From an uncultured Chloroflexia bacterium (lineage in GTDB: Bacteria; Chloroflexota; Anaerolineae; Anaerolineales; RBG-16-64-43), in contig CAWADT010000013.1 in the NCBI GenBank assembly GCA_963780865.1, forward strand, positions 157,189-221,188: 64,000 nt of DNA. The letters are read 5' to 3'. Each line of letters opens with the position of its first letter. Position 1 is the stretch's first letter. The notes beneath the pieces are model-generated. The model ran no database searches. It was not told where the DNA came from and saw only the letters and a program-made list of their open reading frames with translations. Made by a program: the position numbers and the translations under genes. Of the stretch, positions 49,524-58,461 are shown one piece after another.

Positions 49524-50366
49524 TCACGATGGAGAAACCAATCGGACCCCGGCTCCGGGGATTAAGTTGGAATCGGTTCCCGCCGGGGATTGCCAGGAGG
49601 CAATCTCTAAAAGTCCGCTGCTCCCAACGAGGGCGATCGGGCGCGGTCCGTTGCCCGCCTCGGAATAGGTTTTCCCCGTCGGGAGGATGCTGCCGTCGTC
49701 GAGCAGGACCCGCGCTTGTGGATGGATTTTTCCTCCGCGGGCTCCCGTGCCAAGCCACGGCGTAAGTTCCCGGAAGTCGTAAGAGATCCGGCCGATGCTG
49801 GTGATGATATTTCCAAAATGGTCGCAATACAATGCTTCCCCTTCCCATCCTCTTTCTTCGTTTCCCAACAGCCGGGGCAGGGGAATTCGCTGCGGAGCGG
49901 TAAGCTCCGGTCCGAATTCCGGGAGGGGTTTTCCACCGGCGAGTTGGATGGCGGCGGGGGCGAAGAGATCGCGCCCGTGGAAGGTGTTGCTAGGCAGCGG
50001 AACGCCAATTCGCTGGGGAAGAATTTCAACCGCATGAAACTCGGGAAACCGTTCCATTAAAAAAGTGGCCGCGCCGTTATCCGGGCACACCAGATCGCAG
50101 TCGGGAAACCGGAAAAGAGCGGCGCGCCGGTCTCCTCCCACTCCCGGGTCCACCACGACCAGGAAGATTGTGCCATGCGGAAAGGACGGCTGGGCTTCCC
50201 ACAGCGCGAGTCCCGCCCGGCGAATGTCGCCCGGCGGGATCTCGTGAGTGATATCGACGATTGATCCGCGCGGAAGCGCGCCGCTCAAGACGCCGCGCAA
50301 GGCGCCGGCGTAGGAATCCTTCGACCCGAAATCCGTTATACACGCGACCAGTGGAGCGGCGTCCAT
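49524..50366 (-). CDS. SAM hydroxide adenosyltransferase family protein (DUF62, chlorinase/fluorinase-like)
   Basis: Motifs ITDFGSKDSYAGALRGVL, IVDITHEIPPGDI and FLVVVDPGVG are present. The start is taken at MDAAPLVACITDFG. Confidence 0.85.
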   Translation of the reverse strand: MDAAPLVACITDFGSKDSYAGALRGVLSGALPRGSIVDITHEIPPGDIRRAGLALWEAQPSFPHGTIFLVVVDPGVGGDRRAALFRFPDCDLVCPDNGAATFLMERFPEFHAVEILPQRIGVPLPSNTFHGRDLFAPAAIQLAGGKPLPEFGPELTAPQRIPLPRLLGNEERGWEGEALYCDHFGNIITSIGRISYDFRELTPWLGTGARGGKIHPQARVLLDDGSILPTGKTYSEAGNGPRPIALVGSSGLLEIASWQSPAGTDSNLIPGAGVRLVSPS

Positions 50367-50464
50367 AAAAGGATTGTATTCGCATCGGTTTAAATCGGCA
50401 AGAACCTGTTTCCACGGAAAAATAATTATCACTAAAACGCCTTCGGATTTGGTATAATTTTTTC

Positions 50465-51482
50465 ATGAACAAAATCGCAATCGACGGTCCCAAGCCGCCC
50501 ATCGGATTCCTTTCTTCGCTCTGGAGAGGAATTGAATTCGTCAACGGCCATCCCGGAATCATGATTGTTCCGGTGCTGATCGACGCCTTTTTATGGTTTG
50601 GCCCGCGCCTATCGCTCCTCCCCTTGATCAATCCCGTCCTGACGTCCATGAATTCGGCGCTGGTGAACAACCAGATTGACCCCGCGATGATGGACACCGT
50701 TCGCCAAGCGGCGCAAAAGTACAATCCCTTTTCGCTCTTGGCGTTCATCCCACTCTTTCCTCCCAGCCTGATGGCCGGCATTGCTCCCGGACAGACGCCT
50801 TTGGGAACTCCGCTGGTGATCACCCTCACCAGTTGGTGGGAATGCCTGGGGCTTTTTCCGGCATTGATTGGCCTCTCGATCCTTATCGGTTCCCTGTATT
50901 GGGTTCTGGCGGGGCGGTCGGCGCAAGGCGCCAAATGGAACCGACGGGATTGGCTCGTCCGGTATGGCCGGACTGTGATCGTCATGTTGAATTCTGGGCG
51001 CATCCTTCCTGATCCTTATCCTGGGAATAACCATTCCCGTGCTCATCGTCATTTCGTTGATCGGGGTGGCATCGGTGGACGTTGCGGCCATCCTCTCCCA
51101 ATTGTTCTTTTTTCTTGGGGGAGGATTTCTCTTCTGGGTTTTTCTCTTTTTCATGTTTTCCATTCACGGGACCATCCTTTTCCGGGACGGGATTTTGCAG
51201 TCCATTCGCAATAGCGTCATCACTTCGCGCTGGCTCTATCCGATCTCGATCTGGATCCCGATCCTGCTGATTCTGTTGCAGTATCTGGTGACCCAGGTTT
51301 GGGGGCTGGCGGCGTCCGCCAATTGGTCCGGCGCGGTGGGCATTCTGGGGAACGCGTACACCAGTTCCGTCATCGTGACGGCGAGCATGGCGTATTACAT
51401 CGATAAACGCCGGTGGATTTCCGAAATCCAAGCCCAATTGCAGGCGCGCTTGGCCGTAAAACCACCGGTGGCGGGAGTTTGA
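50465..51482 (+). pseudogene. Hypothetical polytopic membrane protein interrupted by one extra nucleotide at about 50990
   Basis: ORF 50465..51214 turns non-membrane-like after ...RTVIVML. The +1 frame, open from 50991, continues ILGASFLILILGITIPVLIVISLIG... into ORF 51039..51482. The span is 1018 nt, which is 3n+1. Confidence 0.6.
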
Positions 51483-51488
51483 GGCGAG

Positions 51489-53423
51489 ATGCCAAAAAAA
51501 AGTTCTGAAGCGCAGCAAAATTATGGGGCGAAGGACATCCAGGTTCTGGAAGGCCTGGAAGCGGTCCGCCGTCGACCGGGCATGTACGTCGGCGGGACGG
51601 ACGTTAAGGCGCTCCATCATCTCATTTTCGAGGTGGTGGACAATTCGATCGACGAGGCACTGGCCGGCGCCTGCGACCGGATCGACGTCGTCATTCATAC
51701 CGACGAAAGCGTGACGGTGGAGGATAACGGACGCGGCATACCGGTCGACATCCACCCGGAAAAGAAAAAGCCGGCGCTCGAGGTGGTGATGACCATCCTG
51801 CACGCCGGCGGCAAGTTCGGCGGCCAATCCTACAAAGTATCCGGCGGGTTGCACGGGGTGGGTGTCAGCGCAGTCAACGCGCTTTCCGAGTGGTGCGAGG
51901 TCGAGGTCAAGCGCGACGGCAAAATCCACTTTCAGCGCTACGAACGGGGCAAGCCCAAGGCGCCGGTGGCGGTGATCGGCAAGGCGCCCAGCGCGCAAAC
52001 CGGAACGAAAACCACCTTCCGGTTCGACAAGGAAATTTTCAAAGGCGAGGAAACCTACCGGTTTGAAACGGTGGCCACGCGCTTCCGCGAGATGGCGTTC
52101 GTCACCCGCGGCGTGACCATCACGCTGAGCGACGAACGCACCGGGCAGGAAACCGAGTTCTATTTCGAAGGCGGGATTGAATCTTTTGTCCGGTACCTGA
52201 ACCGCAATCGGGAAACGCTGCACCCCGTGGTCTACGCCAACAAGGAAGTCGAGGGGATCGGCGTGGAGGTGGCGGTCCAATACACCGACGCCTACTCCGA
52301 ATCGGTCTATTCCTTCGCCAATACGATCAACACCGTCGACGGGGGAACGCATATGACCGGATTGCGCGCCGCCCTGACCCGGACGATCAACGATTACGCC
52401 CGCAAGGCCGGGCTGCTCAAAGAAGCCGACCCCAATTTCTCGGGCGACGACACGCGCGAGGGCTTAACCGGGATCGTATCGGTGAAACACCGCGATCCGC
52501 AATTCGAAAGCCAGACCAAAGTCAAACTGATGAACCCCGAGGTTCAGACCATCGTTCAACAGGTGGTCAGCGACGCGTTCAGCGCATTTCTGGAAGAGAA
52601 TCCGCGCGAAGGGCGGGCGATCGTCGAAAAATGCCTGACCTCCGCCCGCGCGCGCGACGCCGCCAAAAAAGCACGCGACCTGGTCATCCGCAAGTCCGCC
52701 CTGGAAAGCATGACGCTTCCCGGGAAGCTCGCGGATTGTTCGGAACGCGAGTCCGAAAAGGCGGAGCTGTACATCGTCGAGGGCGACAGCGCCGGCGGCT
52801 CCGCCAAACAAGGACGCGACAGGCATTTTCAGGCGATTCTGCCACTGCGCGGCAAGGTGATGAATACCGAGCGCGCGCGCCTGGATAAAATTCTCGGAAA
52901 CAACGAGTTCCGCGCGCTGGTCTCCGCGCTGGGAACCGGCATCGGGGATTCGTTCGATCTCACCGGGTTGCGGTACGGCCGGGTCATCATCATGACCGAC
53001 GCGGACGTCGACGGATCGCACATCCGCACGTTGCTGCTCACGTTCTTCTTTCGCTACATGCAACCATTGATCGAAGAGGGGCATCTCTTCATCGCCCAGC
53101 CGCCGCTCTTCCGGGTGGAAGCCAAAGGCAAAGGCGGCAAGGAACGGTACGTGTATTCCGAAAACGAACGGGATAAGGCGGTGAAGGAATTTGGTGGGTC
53201 GGAAAAAGTGGGCGTCCAGCGCTACAAGGGTCTGGGCGAAATGAACCCGGTGCAGTTGTGGGATACCACCATGGATCCGCAGAGCCGGACCCTGCTGCAG
53301 GTCACCATCGAGGACGCCGCCGAAGCCGACCGGACGTTCGATATGCTGATGGGTGCGGCTGTTCCGCCCCGCAAACGGTTCATCACGACGCACGCCAAGG
53401 ACGTGAGGAATTTGGATGTGTGA
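51489..53423 (+). CDS. gyrB: DNA gyrase subunit B
   Basis: 644 aa with [62 protein letters not shown] and [10 protein letters not shown]. Confidence 0.97.
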   Translation: MPKKSSEAQQNYGAKDIQVLEGLEAVRRRPGMYVGGTDVKALHHLIFEVVDNSIDEALAGACDRIDVVIHTDESVTVEDNGRGIPVDIHPEKKKPALEVVMTILHAGGKFGGQSYKVSGGLHGVGVSAVNALSEWCEVEVKRDGKIHFQRYERGKPKAPVAVIGKAPSAQTGTKTTFRFDKEIFKGEETYRFETVATRFREMAFVTRGVTITLSDERTGQETEFYFEGGIESFVRYLNRNRETLHPVVYANKEVEGIGVEVAVQYTDAYSESVYSFANTINTVDGGTHMTGLRAALTRTINDYARKAGLLKEADPNFSGDDTREGLTGIVSVKHRDPQFESQTKVKLMNPEVQTIVQQVVSDAFSAFLEENPREGRAIVEKCLTSARARDAAKKARDLVIRKSALESMTLPGKLADCSERESEKAELYIVEGDSAGGSAKQGRDRHFQAILPLRGKVMNTERARLDKILGNNEFRALVSALGTGIGDSFDLTGLRYGRVIIMTDADVDGSHIRTLLLTFFFRYMQPLIEEGHLFIAQPPLFRVEAKGKGGKERYVYSENERDKAVKEFGGSEKVGVQRYKGLGEMNPVQLWDTTMDPQSRTLLQVTIEDAAEADRTFDMLMGAAVPPRKRFITTHAKDVRNLDV

Positions 53424-53449
53424 AAAAATATTTGGGGAGAATGCACCTC

Positions 53450-53477
53450 GCGCGGCGCTACTGGCCGCGCTTTTTTT
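53450..53477 (+). terminator. Rho-independent terminator of gyrB
   Basis: A gcgcggc/gccgcgc stem with a 7-nt loop is followed by TTTTTTT (53471-53477). Confidence 0.85.
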
Positions 53478-53525
53478 ATTAATCCAGTAACCTGGTTTTC
53501 TTTCGCTTTATTCCCATACAGTAAT

Positions 53526-53815
53526 TTGAGATCGCTGAAAAAGTCCGCTCGTCGGAGGATAAATCCTCCGCCTAATAACAGCGCCGGTCCCGGCTTCCCC
53601 CGCTTCCCTCGCTTCGCAAGGGCAAGCGCGAGGGCAGCCCGCCCCGGTGGGGTGGGCCGGGGGCGTAGGGAAAAAATAAATCCGCCTTTACGTCCCGGCT
53701 TGAGCCGTGCGGCTCCCCTCGCGTTTTTGGCGAGGGCTGGTGTTTGAACGGAGCGCTTGTCCCGCGCTCCTCGCGGGATTAGCTCCTTTCGCATGAAGTT
53801 TTTCAGCAATCTCAA
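53526..53815. repeat. 290-bp GC-rich element bounded by 19-nt imperfect inverted repeats, with two internal tandem modules of about 110 nt (MITE-like element or structured RNA; class unknown)
   Basis: The left arm ttgagatcgctgaaaaagt (53526-53544) matches the reverse complement of agtttttcagcaatctcaa (53797-53815) at 17/19 positions. Internally, ataaatcc (53559, 53676), gtcccggctt (53587, 53692) and a ccctcgc...gcgaggg hairpin (53606-53634, 53716-53736) each occur twice. Confidence 0.45.
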
Positions 53816-54393
53816 TATTTTTTATCCTGCCGCTACGGGTGCAAGCAATACCGGAGGCTGGTTGAGCATGTTCTTTTGATACATTGAGTGAAATCGAGTG
53901 CCTGGCCCAAGAACATTATTTATTTTTGTGGATATTATTTCCAGCTTGTTTTCTTGCAGAAGTATTTCCACCGGCAATCCCTGCATCGATCGGATTCTCT
54001 TCGATAGAATCTCGAAACCGGCTGGCGATTAAGAAAAGAACCGAGCGGATCGGAGGGCAATCGGCCAGGCAGGGAAAGTGCGATGCGCCAACTTGTACGC
54101 CGCACGATCCAGTTCGATTTCTCCGGTTTGGGCACGGCACCATCACCGCCGTTAAACTATGATGATTCTACACCTTAGAACTAATGGATGAACGAGTCCT
54201 CGATGCAGGGTTGGCGATCGCCCTCATCGCGATGGTCGGATGATCATTCCGTTCCATTCGAAATCGGCGCCAAAAACCAGCACTTAAAAAGACAAACCAA
54301 CCTTTTTATCGTCTATTCCCAACCCAAGGGTAAGCTAAAATAATAGGCATTTATAGGTGAAAAATTACTATTATTGGCTATTAATTAAGAATC

Positions 54394-54471
54394 TTGATAT
54401 TCAGAAATATCAATACTAATATTAATAATATCAATATTAGTATTGACAATATTGAACATACTAGGTATTAT
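54394..54471 (+). promoter_or_regulatory. AT-rich palindrome array overlapping a consensus promoter upstream of the DUF2089-like gene
   Basis: The first inverted repeat is ttgatatt (54394-54401) / aatatcaa (54406-54413). A 13-bp perfect inverted repeat, caatactaatatt (54411-54423) / aatattagtattg (54433-54445), overlaps the -35. The promoter reads TTGACA (54443-54448), a 17-nt spacer, then TATTAT (54466-54471). Confidence 0.55.
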
Positions 54472-54493
54472 ATTGAGTATTGCAGAGGAATAA

Positions 54494-54859
54494 ATGCCAA
54501 TTGCCCCATCAACTTGCCCAATTTGTCAGTCAACCCTATCCATCGCCCGATTGCATTGCAATTCCTGCGGCTCTTCCTTGGAAGGGGATTTCCAGCTTGG
54601 CGGATGGGCCGGCCTATCTCCGGAACAGTTGAGTTTTATCGAAACCTTCGTCCGCTGTGAGGGGAAACTCAACCGGATGGAAAAGGAAGTGGGTCTTTCT
54701 TATCCGACGCTTCGCAACCGGTTGCAGGAGATTATCCGGCTGATGGGCTACGAACCCGGCTCGCAGGAGGATACGGAGGAGGATCGCCGCCATGTGCTCG
54801 AAGACGTCGCCGCCGGCCGAATGACTGCGCAGGAAGCAATCCAACATTTAAAGAATTGA
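54494..54859 (+). CDS. DUF2089-like Zn-ribbon plus HTH protein (putative transcriptional regulator)
   Basis: 121 aa with CPICQSTL...CNSCGSSLEG, SPEQLSFIETFVRCEGKLNRMEKEVGLSYPTLRNRL, and the C-terminal helix AAGRMTAQEAIQHL. Confidence 0.75.
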   Translation: MPIAPSTCPICQSTLSIARLHCNSCGSSLEGDFQLGGWAGLSPEQLSFIETFVRCEGKLNRMEKEVGLSYPTLRNRLQEIIRLMGYEPGSQEDTEEDRRHVLEDVAAGRMTAQEAIQHLKN

Positions 54860-54871
54860 CCAGGAGGATAA

Positions 54872-55960
54872 ATGACTGAAAAAGAGTTCCTAAGCGGAGT
54901 GAGCGCGCCCTCGATCCGCATCGAATGGTGCGAGAAGGATCTCACGATCGAGGGCTGGAGCGAACCGCGGGTGATGCTGGAATGCGATGAAGAACCGAAA
55001 GTGGAGCTCCTCGAGCAGGGGATCGCCGTCTCGGCCGAGGAGGATTTGTGTCTTAAAGTGCCGTTTACCGCGAAGGTGGAAGTGGTGAAGGCCGGCGCCG
55101 ATCTCGTGGTGCGCGATCTGAAAACTTCGGTCGTGGTACGCGAATGCATGGGCGATGTGATTCTACGGCATTGCGATAGCGCCGATCTGGGTATCGTTCA
55201 GGGCGATCTTAAAATCCGCGATCTCGGCGGCGATTTGAAAGCGCAAAAGATTTCCCGGGATGCAAAGCTCCGCCATGTTCTGGGAGCCGTCGAATTGGAT
55301 GCCGGCGGCGACGTTCGGATTGAACAGCCCGCCGCCCAGGTGCAGATCCGCGCCGGCGGCGATGCTTCGATCGCCGTCCTGCCAAAACCCGGATCGGAAA
55401 ACAGCATCGTCGCCCATGGAGACCTCCGCTGTTATCTGCCTTCGGGAGCATCGGTCGTCGTGGAAGGAAAGGCCGGCGGCGACAGTTTTGTGCGTTTGCC
55501 GACCGACGGAAAAGAGACGCAACCTGTATCGGAAAACGGGTCCTTGCCGGTCACCCTCGGCAAGGGCGAAGCCCGCCTGCGGCTCGAAGCCGAAGGCGAT
55601 CTATGGATTGGAGGATGGATGGACGTCGATTCGTGGGGCGAATGGCGGGAACTGGGCCGGGATATGGGTCAGATGGGGATGGAATTCGGAATGCTGGCCG
55701 GCGAGTTCGGCCGGTGGGTCGAACGGAATATGCACGATAAATTCAGCCAGTACGATAAACGCCTGCGGCGCAAGATGGAAGAAAGCAAATTTACGCAGGA
55801 CCGCCGCCGGTATTCCTGGAACGCGCCCTCGCCGCAGTCGCCGTCTGCGACCGGCGCAGGCGAAAGCGAGCGCCTGTCCATTCTGGATATGCTGCAAAAA
55901 GGGAAGATCACCGTCGATGAAGCGGAACGGCTGCTCACCGCGCTTGAAAAAAAAGGTTGA
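54872..55960 (+). CDS. Beta-repeat protein (DUF4097/bactofilin-like repeats, tentative) with a C-terminal SHOCT-like helix
   Basis: 362 aa with repeated GD(L/V)x(I/V)R-type strands (GADLVVRDL, GDVILRH, GDLKIRDLGGDLKAQ, GGDVRIE, GGDASIAV). It ends ILDMLQKGKITVDEAERLLTALEKKG. It starts 12 nt after the regulator gene. Confidence 0.55.
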   Translation: MTEKEFLSGVSAPSIRIEWCEKDLTIEGWSEPRVMLECDEEPKVELLEQGIAVSAEEDLCLKVPFTAKVEVVKAGADLVVRDLKTSVVVRECMGDVILRHCDSADLGIVQGDLKIRDLGGDLKAQKISRDAKLRHVLGAVELDAGGDVRIEQPAAQVQIRAGGDASIAVLPKPGSENSIVAHGDLRCYLPSGASVVVEGKAGGDSFVRLPTDGKETQPVSENGSLPVTLGKGEARLRLEAEGDLWIGGWMDVDSWGEWRELGRDMGQMGMEFGMLAGEFGRWVERNMHDKFSQYDKRLRRKMEESKFTQDRRRYSWNAPSPQSPSATGAGESERLSILDMLQKGKITVDEAERLLTALEKKG

Positions 55961-56054
55961 TCCACTCGCCGTACGTTGGAGCACCGCTGATCCATGTGTA
56001 GTGCTTTGATGGCGTAGCTTCCACCCAGCTAAAAAACTCACGAAGGATAATTCG

Positions 56055-57380
56055 ATGGACCGTTCAACCGCTCCAAAAAATCCCATGGCGCGCGTGATGT
56101 CGCTGCGCGATTTCCGGCTTCTGTTTGCCGGCGCCGCCACTTCCCTGCTGGGCGACCAATTCGCACTGATCGCCACGCCCTGGCTGGTGTTGAAGCTTAC
56201 CGGCGATCCTCTGGCGCTCGGCATCGTGCTGGCGCTGGAAGGAATCCCGCGCGCCATCTTTATGCTCCTAGGAGGCGCGATCACGGACCGGGTCTCACCG
56301 CGGCTCCTGATGCTGGCTTCGGATCTCATCCGCTGCGCCTTAACCGTGGCGATGGCGGCGGCCGTTTTCACGGGAGCGGTCCAGATGTGGATGATGTACG
56401 CCTTCGGCCTGGGGTTCGGATTGGTGGCGGGATTCGCCATCCCGGCCGAGAACAGCATCGTTCCCATGCTCGTTGCGGCGGAGGACTTGCAGGCGGGCAA
56501 CTCGATCATCATGGGGATCGCCCAACTGACGGGATTCATCGGGCCCACGGTTGCCGGGATCATCATCGGCGTATTCTCCCGTTCAACCTTCGGGATCGGC
56601 TTGGCCTTCGCCGTCGACGCGGCGAGCTTCGCCGTTTCCGCGACCACGCTCCGGTTGATGCGCGGCGGCGGACGTTCGCCTTCGGCAAGCCGTGCCGAGC
56701 CGGAAAGCATTTGGTTTTCGATTGCGGCGGGTATCAAATACCTGTGGAACGACAAAGTCCTGCGGCTGATGTTCTTGGTCGTCATGGCGATTAATTTTCT
56801 GATCGTCGGTCCGTTGCTGGTCGGGATCCCGGTGCTCGCCAGCCAGCGTCTTCCGGAAGGTGCGGTGGCGTTCGGATTGTTGATGTCCGCGTATGCCGGG
56901 GGAAATCTTTTTGGTTATTTGGTTGCCGGTTCGCTCCCGAAAGCCGGTGGGACCGCCATGCGGGTGTTTATTCTGGTGCTGCTGACGGGGTTCGGAGTGG
57001 TGATCGGCTCGCTGGGATTTTTGCGTTCGACCGCAGCGGATTTCAGCCTTCTGCTCCTGCTCGGCGTGGGCAACGGCTACCTTTCCATCCTGATGTTCAC
57101 TTGGATGCAAACCCGCACACCACGGGAGATGCTCGGTCGGATGATGAGCATCCTCAGCTTCTCCAATATCGGACTGGTGCCCGTCGCCCAGGCTGTTTCC
57201 GGAGCCGTCAGCAAATGGAGCCTGACGGGGTTGTTTGCGTCGGCCGGAGTCCTGGTGCTGCTGGTGATGGTTTGGACCGCTGTCCAGCCGGGTTTGAAGG
57301 AATTCAGCGACAGCCTCACCGCCGGACCGCAAGACGGAGGAATGGATTCCCGGAAGGAAGAATGCCCATCCGTTGGTTGA
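56055..57380 (+). CDS. MFS transporter (EntS/MFS_3-like)
   Basis: 441 aa with about 12 TM segments. The N-terminus LRDFRLLFAGAATSLLGDQFALIATPWLVL and the loop GGAITDRVSPR are typical of this group. Confidence 0.85.
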   Translation: MDRSTAPKNPMARVMSLRDFRLLFAGAATSLLGDQFALIATPWLVLKLTGDPLALGIVLALEGIPRAIFMLLGGAITDRVSPRLLMLASDLIRCALTVAMAAAVFTGAVQMWMMYAFGLGFGLVAGFAIPAENSIVPMLVAAEDLQAGNSIIMGIAQLTGFIGPTVAGIIIGVFSRSTFGIGLAFAVDAASFAVSATTLRLMRGGGRSPSASRAEPESIWFSIAAGIKYLWNDKVLRLMFLVVMAINFLIVGPLLVGIPVLASQRLPEGAVAFGLLMSAYAGGNLFGYLVAGSLPKAGGTAMRVFILVLLTGFGVVIGSLGFLRSTAADFSLLLLLGVGNGYLSILMFTWMQTRTPREMLGRMMSILSFSNIGLVPVAQAVSGAVSKWSLTGLFASAGVLVLLVMVWTAVQPGLKEFSDSLTAGPQDGGMDSRKEECPSVG

Positions 57381-57493
57381 TCGAATGCGTTGAGGGTGTT
57401 AACCATTTGATAATTCTTTTGGAATAAAATGGGCTTTGGGAATTGAATTCGCGGCGGCGTTTCGTACGAAATAGCGGTTTGCTGGAGAAGCCT

Positions 57494-58168
57494 ATGGAAA
57501 TTTTAAAGAATATCCATCAAATACCGGGAGTCATGGCGAATTCTTATCTGATTATTGAGCCGGATGGGTTGACCCTGATCGACGCCGGAATTCCGGGCAA
57601 TGGCAGCAAAATCCTTGGGTACATCGGGAGCCTGGGGCGGAAACCGGTGGACTTGCGGCGAATCCTGATCACGCATGCCGATATGGATCATGTGGGAAGC
57701 TTGGGCGCCGTAAAGAAGGCAACGGGAGCGCGCGTTTATTCCAGTGCAGTGGAATCTCAGGCAATGGCGGAAGGGCATTCCTCCCGTCCGGTCAAGGCGG
57801 GGGAAAATCCCGTTCGGCGCCTGCTATTTTCCGTCATGGGGCGTTTTTTCAGCGCCAAGCCGGGCCCGGCGGATGAATTGCTCAAGGATGGGCAGGTGCT
57901 GCCGATCCTTCAGGGTCTGAAGGTGGTGGAAACAATCGGTCACACACCGGGCCACCTTTCGTATTATTTGCCCGCCGAGGGTGTTTTGTTTACCGGGGAT
58001 TCGATCGTCGCGGACGACAAAGGGTTGCAGAAATCGCGGCCGAACTTTACCTGGGATCCGGCGAAAGCCGCGGAGGCCGTCCGGCGTCAGTCGGCTCTGG
58101 GAGCGCGGATCGTCTGCCCGGGCCATGGGCCGGTAGTCACGGATGCCGCGGGCAGATTTCCATCCTGA
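57494..58168 (+). CDS. MBL-fold metallo-hydrolase
   Basis: Internal start MEILKNIHQIPG, 6 nt after GGAGAAG. Motifs ITHADMDHVG, GHTPGH and CPGHGP are present. Confidence 0.85.
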   Translation: MEILKNIHQIPGVMANSYLIIEPDGLTLIDAGIPGNGSKILGYIGSLGRKPVDLRRILITHADMDHVGSLGAVKKATGARVYSSAVESQAMAEGHSSRPVKAGENPVRRLLFSVMGRFFSAKPGPADELLKDGQVLPILQGLKVVETIGHTPGHLSYYLPAEGVLFTGDSIVADDKGLQKSRPNFTWDPAKAAEAVRRQSALGARIVCPGHGPVVTDAAGRFPS

Positions 58169-58461
58169 GTATTATCCCGCGCCGTCAGAATAGGACGCGC
58201 GTCGCGAAACGTATCTACTCAGTAGGGCTTCCCAATTTGTATACGGATTGCACCGAAAAGAGCCGAATACACTAAAAAACAGTAGTTGTGCTTTTTCACC
58301 AAAGGAAATTTTTCGGTGATTTCGGAATTTTTCCGTGTTTCGGTGTACGTTTTCCCAGGCCTGAGTGGTTACCGCGAAACGAAGGAAGAAATTTTGAGGC
58401 CATCATCGAAAGAATATTCCACTTGATAGCACCAGGAAAATTCTTTCGGCAAAGTTCCCGC

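Noticed and set aside
50982-52352. 456-aa minus-strand ORF
   Set aside because: It is antisense to gyrB and to the upstream membrane protein gene, and its composition is artefactual.
53535-53600. RNase P RNA-like motifs (gaaaaagtccgc... and acagcgccggtcccggctt resemble the P4 strands GAGGAAAGUCCGGGC / ACAGAACCCGGCUUA)
   Set aside because: The two motifs are only about 45 nt apart instead of about 300 nt, they are imperfect, and the rest of the conserved RNase P core is absent.
53222-53815. 197-aa minus-strand ORF spanning the repeat element and the gyrB 3' end
   Set aside because: It overlaps gyrB and its terminator. It has a low-complexity Arg/Pro/Gly/Ala composition driven by the GC-rich repeats.
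54394-54480. AT-rich repeated sequence as a possible CRISPR array
   Set aside because: The repeats are 8-13-bp palindromic half-sites without unique spacers of regular length, and no cas genes are present. The arrangement fits operator sites over a promoter.
55601-56785. 394-aa minus-strand ORF
   Set aside because: It runs antisense across the beta-repeat gene and the MFS gene, both of which have much better coding signals.
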